Positions 55,500-64,000 of a stretch of DNA of 64,000 nt are shown piece by piece. The number at the start of each line of letters is the position of its first letter. The stretch's first letter is position 1. Both the position numbers and the translations under genes were made by a program. The stretch is from Pecten maximus (taxonomy: Eukaryota), in NCBI RefSeq assembly GCF_902652985.1, contig NC_047030.1, positions 15,810,001 through 15,874,000 on the forward strand, written 5' to 3'. The notes below the pieces were generated by a model. That model searched no databases and was not told the DNA's origin. It saw only the letters and a list, made by a program, of their open reading frames with translations.

Positions 55500-56934
55500 C
55501 TCCCTTCTGTCAGTGTTAATGTGGATTTCTGGGGCTCCCTTCTGTCAGTGTTAATGTGGATTTCTGGGGCTCCCTTCTGTCAGTGTTAATGGGGATTTCT
55601 GGGGCTGCCTTCTGTCAGTGTTAATGTGGATTTCTGGGGCTGCCTTCTGTCAGTGTTAATGTGGATTTCTGGGGCTCCCTTCTGTCAGTGTTGATGTGGA
55701 TTTCTGGGGCTGCCTTCTGTCAGTGTTAATGTGGATTTCTGGGGCTCCCTTCTGTCAGTGTTAATGTGGATTTCTGGGGCTCCCTTCTGTCAGTGTTAAT
55801 GTGGATTTCTGGGGCTCCCTTCTGTCAGTGTTAATGTGGATTTCTGGGGCTCCCTTCTGTCAGTGTTAATGTGGATTTCTGGGGCTGCCTTCTGTCAGTG
55901 TTGATGTGGATTTCTGGGGCTCCCTTCTGTCAGTGTTGATGTGGATTTCTGGGGCTCCCTTCTGTCAGTGTTGATGTGGATTTCTGGGGCTCCCTTCTGT
56001 CAGTGTTAATGTGGATTTCTGGGGCTCCCTTCTGTCAGTGTTAATGTGGATTTCTGGGGCTCCCTTCTGTCAGTGTTGATGTGGATTTCTGGGGCTCCCT
56101 TCTGTCAGTGTTAATGTGGATTTCTGGGGCTCCCTTCTGTCAGTGTTGATGTGGATTTCTGGGGCTCCCTTCTGTCAGTGTTAATGTGGATTTCTGGGGC
56201 TGCCTTCTGTCAGTGTTAATGTGGATTTCTGGGGCTCCCTTCTGTCAGTGTTAATGTGGATTTCTGGGGCTCCCTTCTGTCAGTGTTGATGTGGATTTCT
56301 GGGGCTCCCTTCTGTCAGTGTTAATGTGGATTTCTGGGGCTCCCTTCTGTCAGTGTTAATGTAGATTTCTGGGGCTCCCTTCTGTCAGTGTTAATGTGGA
56401 TTTCTGGGGCTCCCTTCTGTCAGTGTTAATGTGGATTTCTGGGGCTCCCTTCTGTCAGTGTTAATGTGGATTTCTGGGGCTCCCTTCTGTCAGTGTTGAT
56501 GTGGATTTCTGGGGCTCCCTTCTGTCAGTGTTAATGTGGATTTCTGGGGCTCCCTTCTGTCAGTGTTAATGTGGATTTCTGGGGCTCCCTTCTGTCAGTG
56601 TTGATGTGGATTTCTGGGGCTCCCTTCTGTCAGTGTTGATGTGGATTTCTGGGGCTCCCTTCTGTCAGTGTTAATGTGGATTTCTGGGGCTCCCTTCTGT
56701 CAGTGTTAATGTGGATTTCTGGGGCTCCCTTCTGTCAGTGTTAATGGGGATTTCTGGGGCTCCTTTCTGTCAGTGTTAATGTGGATTTCTGGGGCTCCCT
56801 TCTGTCAGTGTTAATGGGGATTTCTGGGGCTCCTTTCTGTCAGTGTTAATGTGGATTTCTGGGGCTCCCTTCTGTCAGTGTTAATGTGGATTTCTGGGGC
56901 TCCCTTCTGTCAGTGTTAATGTGGATTTCTGGGG
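55500..56934. repeat. Very homogeneous minisatellite, 35-bp unit (tcccttctgtcagtgttaatgtggatttctggggc), ~41 copies
   Basis: Direct periodicity with few variants. It lies directly before a minus-strand donor at 55492. Confidence 0.97.
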
Positions 56935-57334
56935 AGTGGTTTCACCTTCAAACGAATCTCCGTTTATTTATTTTTACGTAATATCAAAATGTAGCCCTAT
57001 TTGAGTCTCCATCTTGTGACCTTTTATATCACTCCATCACCTAGGTGGTAACTAAACGTAGCCTATATCGACATGGATCTACCTCACTGAAATGTCGTAA
57101 GGTCGTACAATACATTAAGTGTGATGTAGTACATGGTAAATCACAGTCTTAGAGTATTACATTTCTGAGGGAAAGTAAAGAATAAAATATCAGAAAATAC
57201 CAGCATTGAAAAATCAGCTCAACAAAAAGTCAATCTCATGAGTTATTTTGATGCACACCACAGTACACAATGTTCAACTATTTATTCCAAAGATCTGGGG
57301 ATGAAGAGGCTATCATCATCGTCGGAATCGGAGT

Positions 57335-59090
57335 CTGTAACTAGCTTCAGACCCTTGTGGTATTGAAAGGTTGTCACTAACTTCAGACCCTCGTGGTACT
57401 GAAAGGCTGTAATACGCTTCAGACCCTTGTGGTACTGAAAGGCTGTAACTAACTTCAGACCCTTGTGGCATTGAAAGGCTGTAACTAGCTTCAGACCCTC
57501 GTGGTATTGAAATGCTGTAATAAGCTTCAGACCCTTGAGGTATTGAAAGGCCGTCACAAGCTTCAGACCCTCGTGGTATTGAAATGTTGTAATAAGCTTC
57601 AGACCCTCGTGGTATTGAAAGGCTGTAACTAGCTTCAGACCCTCGTGGTATTGAAATGCTGTAATAAGCTTCAGACCCTTGTGGTATTGAAAGGCCGTCA
57701 CAAGCTTCAGACCCTTGTGGCATTGAAAGGCTGTAACTCGCTTCAGACCCTCGTGATATTGAAAGGCTGTCACTAGCTTCAGACCCTCGTGGTATTGAAA
57801 GGCTGTAACTAGCCTCAGACCCTCGTGGTATTGAAAGGCTGTAACTAGCTTCAGACCCTTGTGGTATTGAAAGGCTGTAACTAGCCTCAGACCCTCGTGG
57901 TATTGAAAGGCTGTAACTAGCTTCAGACCCTCGTGGTATTAAAAGGCTGTAACTAGCTTCAGACCCTTGTGGTATTGAAAGGCTGTAACTAGCTTCAGAC
58001 CCTTGTGGTATCGAAAGGCTGTAACTAGCTTCAGACCCTTGTGGTATTGAAAGGCTGTAACTAGCTTCAGACCCTCGTGGTATTGAAAGGCTGTAACTAG
58101 CTTCAGACCCTTGTGGTATTGAAAGGCTGTAACTAGCTTCAGACCCTTGTGGTATTGAAAAGCCGTCACAAGCTTCAGACCCTTGTGGTATTGAAAGGCT
58201 GTAACTAGCTTCAGACCCTTGTGGTATTGAAAGGCTGTCACTAGCTTCAGACCCTTGTGGTATTGAAAGGCTGTAACTAGCTTCAGACCCTTGTGGTATT
58301 GAAAGGCTGTAACTAGCTTCAGACCCTCGTGGTATTGAAAGGCTGTAACTAGCTTCAGACCCTTGTGGCATTGAAAGGTTGTCACTAGCTTCAGACCCTT
58401 GTGGTATTGAAAGGCTGTAACTAGCCTCAGACCCTTGTGGTATTGAAACGCCGTCACAAGCTTCAGACCCTCGTGGTATTGAAATGTTGTAATAAGCTTC
58501 AGACCCTTGTGGTATTGAAAGGCTGTCACTAGCTTCAGACCCTTGTGGTATTGAAAGGCTGTAACTAGCTTCAGACCCTTGTGGTATTGAAAAGCCGTCA
58601 CTACCTCCGACCCTTGTGGTATATGAAATTATGTCACTAGCTTCAGACCCTTGCGGTACTGAAATGATGTCACTAGCTTCAGACCCTTGTGGTATTGAAA
58701 GGCTGTAACTAGCTTCAGACCCTTGAGGTATTGAAAAGCCGTCACTAGCCACCGACCCTTGTGGAATATGAAATGATGTCACTAGCTTCAGACCCTTGAG
58801 GTATTGAAAGGCTGTAACTAGCTTCAGACCCTTGTGGTATTGAAAAGCCGTCACTAGCCTCCGACCCTTGTGGTACTGAAATGATGTCACTAGTTTCAGA
58901 CCCTTGTGGTACTGAAATGATGTCACTAGTTTCAGACCTTTGTGGTATTGAAAAGCCGTCACTAGCCTCCGACCCTTGTGGTACTGAAATGATGTCACTA
59001 GTTTCAGACCCTTGTGGTACTGAAATGATGTCACTAGTTTCAGACCCTTGTGGTACTGAAATGATGTTACTAGCTTTGGACCCTTGTGAT
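57335..59090. repeat. Minisatellite, 36-bp frame-preserving unit (minus-strand peptide SLSIPQGSEASY / DIISVPQGSETS), ~49 copies
   Basis: Direct periodicity. A 593-aa ORF runs through it on the minus strand. Confidence 0.95.
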
Positions 59091-59298
59091 TTCCCATTTA
59101 CGGTGGTTAGTGTGATGGGTGTCGGATGTAAAGCTGACAGCACGGGGATTCAAGAGACCTAGATTCATGAAAACCAGGAGATGTTCTGTTCCAGCTAACG
59201 TGTCCGAAGACCTCGCTGTCAGTGTCTCCATTCGCATGTGGAAAACGTGTTTGGCGAGATTAACATGGTTGTTGTCCCCGACAAATAGAATACTTACT

Positions 59299-59828
59299 TA
59301 TTCACACCTGGTCTAAACTTCCTTGTATTTATTCACACCTGGTCTAAACTTCCTTGTATTTATTCACACCTGGTCTAAACTTCCTTGTATTTATTCACAC
59401 CTGGTCTAAACTTCCTTGTATTTATTCACACCTGGTCTAAACTTCCTTGTATTTATTCACACCTGGTCTAAACTTCCTGGTATTTATTCACACCTGGTCT
59501 AAACTTCCTTGTATTTATTCACACCTGGTCTAAACTTCCTTGTATTTATTCACACCTGGTCTAAACCTCCTTGTATTTATTCACACCTGGTCTAAACTTC
59601 CTTGTATTTATTCACACCTGGTCTAAACTTCCTGGTATTTATTCACACCTGGTCTAAACTTCCTTGTATTTATTCACACCTAGTCTAAACTTCCTTGTAT
59701 TTATTCACACCTGGTCTAAACTTCCTGGTATTTATTCACACCTAGTCTAAACTTCCTTGTATTTATTCACACCTGGTCTAAACTTCCTTGTATTTATTCA
59801 CACCTGGTCTAAACTTCCTTGTATTTTT
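59299..59828. repeat. Minisatellite, 31-bp unit (tattcacacctggtctaaacttccttgtatt), ~17 copies
   Basis: Direct periodicity. Confidence 0.96.
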
Positions 59829-60059
59829 TCAATGGCCGTCGTGTGAATCTAGCGTTGTCCTTATTCTGCAGTTGCTTTGTCTAATCAGGTTAGAATAAAA
59901 GGTCTTGACAACGTCGGTACTTTCGTAAACTTATGGTTTTGACCTGATAATATTAATTCAGAACCACGACAGTATCATCCGGGTCAGGTCTTGTTACATT
60001 TGGTCTGGTGTAAACTGCGCATTTGAGTCTATCTTAGCTGATCAGAAAGCGAAAGGCCC

Positions 60060-60160
60060 TTAGCCAATCAGAACATTGCTATCCTCAGCCAATTAGTGAG
60101 CAGGCAGCTCACAGTCTTTTAGGTATAAATAAGAACACTGAGTCAGAGGAACATTTATAC
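60060..60160 (+). promoter_or_regulatory. Candidate Pol II core promoter (two CCAAT boxes, TATA, AP-1)
   Basis: AGCCAATCAG (~60062), AGCCAATTAG (~60087), TATAAATA (60124-60131) and TGAGTCA (60139-60145), in canonical spacing. Confidence 0.45.
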
Positions 60161-61394
60161 GTAATTTGTCAAAATACGATAAGTTGACATTTATAATAAG
60201 ATAATGTCTCCGTTCCTCACGTGACGAAGCGAAGATTTCAGCATTGTGATATAGTTCTGCCTACGTAGAAAAAAATTTGAAACGTTTCCGTTTTTAAATA
60301 TTTACGGTTGTGTTTTTAATTGCAACTGAGGGGAGCAAAGAAACATTTGGTCAGAATTCCTCCGTTTGTCCTGGAATAGTAGTGTTTTACGGAAAACGAG
60401 AAACGGATATAAGAGGACAAACGACATGGCGCACGGACCTTTCTCTTGGACTCTTTGGACATTTAAGAAACTAAATGAATCTCGTAATAAAAAGCACGAC
60501 CAAATAATTAGCCCTAGTCACTGTAGGTAGTCAAGGCTGACACTGTACGTAGGGTCAGGTCGTAGATCCTTCCGCTCACTTTCGTTTATGAAGATGTTCA
60601 AACAACATAAGAGTGTTTTACATGTCAAACAGTAACGAGATACAAGCGTCTGAGGGACAGCAAGCTGATCATTCAAACATCAATCGACCAGGATAGCCTC
60701 GACCCTCAGGACTAGCATACTTGCTATATGTCCAAACATTTGTTGATGTTTTCACATACATTACAATATTTTATGGTATGGCCAATGTTGATGACATGCT
60801 GCATTAGTTAATGTTTTACGTCTCTGGTCATATATAAACGTCTTAAAAGATTACCTTTGCTCCAAATAGGTTTGACCTGTAACCTCCCGCAATCCTGTAC
60901 GAACACGTGCGACTGATACATGGATTGTAAGGTGCAGTTTTCGCGCGAAACAAATTAGACGCTGTCAGGAGACATATCAGGACTATAAAGCGAGTCGGTA
61001 GTGTTTAGCTACACACAGATCCGTGTCTTACAAACTCTTTAACACAATATGCGAAGCAGATCAATACAAAATCGCCCGGGAAATTCTAGATTGATGGCGT
61101 TGTCTTTACTGATAGTCCGCCGAGGATACATGAACTACACGTGTGGTTGATGCACGATGCACGAGCTGCGTCGATACGTAATCAGTCACGCGTGACCATT
61201 TAGACCCGGATGTCAATTAGTACAGTAAAACATTGGTTGTGTGTTCACATTTATTTACGGTTGCTGATACCGGTTAGTGTTCGATAATTAAACAAGTATA
61301 CATTATGTGTTGGTGAGCCCGGTAAAGGTGTTCAATTCAAGGCAAAGGAGAAGTTCACCACGCCTGTGTGTCCATGCTACACCACCACCAAAAT

Positions 61395-61934
61395 GTTTGG
61401 TTTGGTTTGGTTTATTTTGTTTAACGTCCTATTAACAGCTATGGTCATTTAAGGACGGCCCCCCGTGCGTGCGAAATGTATGCGTGTGATGAGTGCGTAT
61501 GTGTGTTTTGGGAGGCTGCGGTATGTTCGTGTTAAGTTTCCTTGTGATAGGCCGGAACTTTTGCCGATTTATAGTGCTACCTCACTGAAGCATACTGCCG
61601 AAGACACCCAGCAGGACACCCCACCCGGTCACATTATACTGACAACGGGCGAACCAGTCGTTCCACTCCAAATATGCTGGGCGCTAAGCAGGAGTAGCAA
61701 CTACCATTTTTAAAGACTGGTATGTCTCGGCCAGGGGACAGAACCCAAAGCCTTCCTCACAGGAGCGAACGCTCAACTAAAGGCCAAAAGTGAGGCATTG
61801 TCAAGGGAGACATTAGGAAGAAGAAAGTTGTTAAGAAGGAAGAGAAAAGATAAGACCCTAAGTTTAGTCGCCTCTTACGATCATGCAATGGGGGCAGCAG
61901 GTATATGTACAATTCTTACGCCCTACCTGCAGGG
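61395..61934 (-). mobile_element. Meta-type SINE with a 5' structured extension and a degenerate tRNA head
   Basis: Meta-domain-like GACTGGTTCGCCCGTTGTCAGTATAATGTGACCGGGTGGGG and the same 3' tail as the V-SINE plus (CCAAA)n. Box A and box B are eroded (GGTTCTGTCCC). About 150 nt of extra 5' sequence is present. Confidence 0.8.
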
Positions 61935-61939
61935 TGGGG

Positions 61940-62175
61940 TTTGACAGTGATTTAACGGTAATTTTACTTATTTGACAGTGATTGGATGGTGATTTGACAG
62001 TGTTTTGACAGTGATTAGTGACTGTGGTTTGACAGTGATTTAGCGGTGATTTGACAATTATTTGACAGTGATTGGGCTGTGATTTGACTGTGATTTGACA
62101 TGACTAGGCTGTGATTTGACATGTTTTACAGTGATTGGGTGGTGATTTGACTTGTTTGATAGTGATTGGGCTGTG
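61940..62175. repeat. Degenerate (tttgacagtgat)-type short tandem repeat
   Basis: Recurring tgacagtgatt / gtgatttgac motifs. Confidence 0.75.
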
Positions 62176-62527
62176 AGAGAGGGCCGGGATTAGGATCTGA
62201 TGTGAGATGGCTGTCATTCGGTTGTGAGAGGGTTGTAAGGGAGCGATTGATCTAGGTAGAAATCTGATGAGTGAGATATCTAGCGCGTGATGGACATACT
62301 GTTTACATGTACAGCATGAAGATAAGTACACAAGTGCATCCAACTTTGGAGGGTTAGAGAAAACAAATACAACGCACCAGCCTCATTACTTCCGGGAGCT
62401 ATAACCAGTTTTCATTACAAAGAATCTTATAAAAAAAACAGGGAATAGCAACAGGCTAACTAAACCGTAATTGTTAGTGAAAATCGATAAGGCGTGGGCA
62501 AAATACGAATAAACACACAATAAACAT

Positions 62528-64000
62528 CACTAGGTCATTGAGGGAGGTCGATATTTACCTATACCAATATGTAACTGGGGGATATTTACCTATACCACTA
62601 GGTGACTGGGAGATATAGAGGTATACCACTAGATTACTGGGGGATATAGAGGTATACCACTAGGTGACTGGGGGATATAGAGGTATACCACTAGATTACT
62701 GGGGGATATAGAGGTATACCACTAGGTGACTGGGAGATATAGAGGTATACCACTAGGTTACTGGGGGATATAGAGGTATACCACTAGATTACTGGGGGAT
62801 ATAGAGGTATACCACTAGGTGACTGGGGGATATAGAGGTATACCACTATGTGACTGGGGGATATAGAGGTATACCACTAGGTGACTGGGGGATATAGAGG
62901 TATACCACTAGGTTACTGGGGGATATAGAGGTATACCACTAGGTTACTGGGGGATATAGAGGTATACCACTAGGTGACTGGGGATATAGAGGTATACCAC
63001 TAGGTGACTGGGGGATATAGAGGTATACCACTAGATTACTGGGGGATATAGAGGTATACCACTAGGTGACTGGGGGATATAGAGGTATACCACTAGATTA
63101 CTGGGGGATATAGAGATATACTACTATGTGACTGGGGGTTATAGAGGTATACCACTAGGTGACTGGGGGATATAGAGGTTTACCACTAGGTGACTGGGGG
63201 ATATAGAGGTATACCACTAGGTGACTGGGGGATATAGAGGTATACCACTAGGTGACTGGGGGATATAGAGGTATACCACTAGGTGACTGGGGGATATAGA
63301 GGTATACCACTAGGTGACTGGGGGATATAGAGGTATACCACTAGGTGACTGGGGGATATAGAGGTATACCACTAGGTGACTGGGGATATAGAGGTATACC
63401 ACTAGGTGACTGGGGGATATTGAGGTATACCACTAGGTTACTGGGGGATATAGACGTATACCACTAGGTGACTGGGGGATATGGAGGTATACCACTAGGT
63501 GACTGGGGGATATAGAGGTATACCACTAGGTGACTGGGGGATATAGAGGTATACCACTAGGTGACTGGGAGATATAGAGGTATACCACTAGGTGACTGGG
63601 GGATATGGAGGTATACCACTAGGTGACTGGGGGATATAGAGGTATACCACTAGGTGACTGGGGGATATAGAGGTATACCACTAGGTGACTGGGGGATATA
63701 GAGGTATACCACTAGGTGACTGGGGGATAAATAGGTATACCACTAGGTGACTGGGGGATATAGAGGTATACCACTAGGTGACTGGGGGATAAATAGGTAT
63801 ACCACTAGGTGACTGAATGATATAGAGGTATACCACTAGGTGACTGGGGGATATAGAGGTATACCACTAGGTGACCGGGGGATAAAGATGTATACCACTA
63901 GGTGACTGGGGATATAGAGGTATACCACTAGGTGACTGGGGATATAGAGGTATACCACTAGGTGACTGGGGGATATAGACGTATACCACTAGGTTACTGG
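62528..64000. repeat. Minisatellite, 31-bp unit (gggggatatagaggtataccactaggtgact), running off the window
   Basis: Direct periodicity, with diverged founder copies at 62528-62610. Confidence 0.97.

Larger units (their letters stand above)
54195..59291 (-). pseudogene. Decayed multi-exon gene with a TIR/SEFIR-like C-terminal domain and a Ser-rich repeat linker, disrupted by satellites and an insertion
   Basis: Splicing 55493|55181 gives PEIHINTDRREHY-EAYISQSNDQTHNEVVL (TIR box-1-like). The exon from the acceptor at 54578 reads YLAVLVVDITRTITEPSCIYDILSSISHLQDELKLEVFFL...SY, then a frameshift, then PDANITADIYRELSGKIPWP (like the C-terminal half of TIR). There is a strong acceptor at 57164. Frameshifts and stops are present. 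Confidence 0.5.

Noticed and set aside
56935-57164. Confident death-domain exon call
   Set aside because: The best frame has about 6 stops in 80 codons, near random expectation, so the resemblance is only suggestive.
61850-61934. Assignment of the SINE head to HDV-like or hammerhead ribozymes
   Set aside because: I could not build the nested HDV double pseudoknot, and there is no CTGANGA/GAAA core. Left unclassified.

Overview
AT-rich eukaryotic (animal) genomic DNA, most likely from a bivalve mollusc. This is inferred from the V-, Meta- and CORE-type SINEs and the Helentron-type HINE elements; a scallop is plausible but unproven. Roughly 55% of the window (my tally is about 36 kb) is about 28 separate tandem arrays with 13-60 bp monomers and little overall similarity to one another. 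Nearly all ORFs in the track are translations of these arrays and are not genes. No intact protein-coding gene, rRNA, tRNA or CRISPR array is supported. Positions 1 to ~46.3 kb look like the CpG-poor intronic body of a minus-strand gene, with a probable non-coding first exon at ~46272-46450 and weaker UTR-like exons at 15611-15730, 873-916 and 8-120. Positions ~46.5-64 kb are CpG-richer. The three most notable observations are: (1) a decayed minus-strand TIR/SEFIR-like immune-adaptor gene at ~54.2-59.3 kb whose exons gave rise to satellites, where a TIR box-1 motif (HYEAYIS) is formed across a splice junction at the edge of one array; (2) a Meta-type SINE with degenerate Pol III boxes and a 5' pseudoknot/hairpin RNA head, a candidate ribozyme or promoter module; (3) several satellites seeded from DNA-transposon termini. 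All family assignments are by eye and from memory of consensus motifs; no database search was run.
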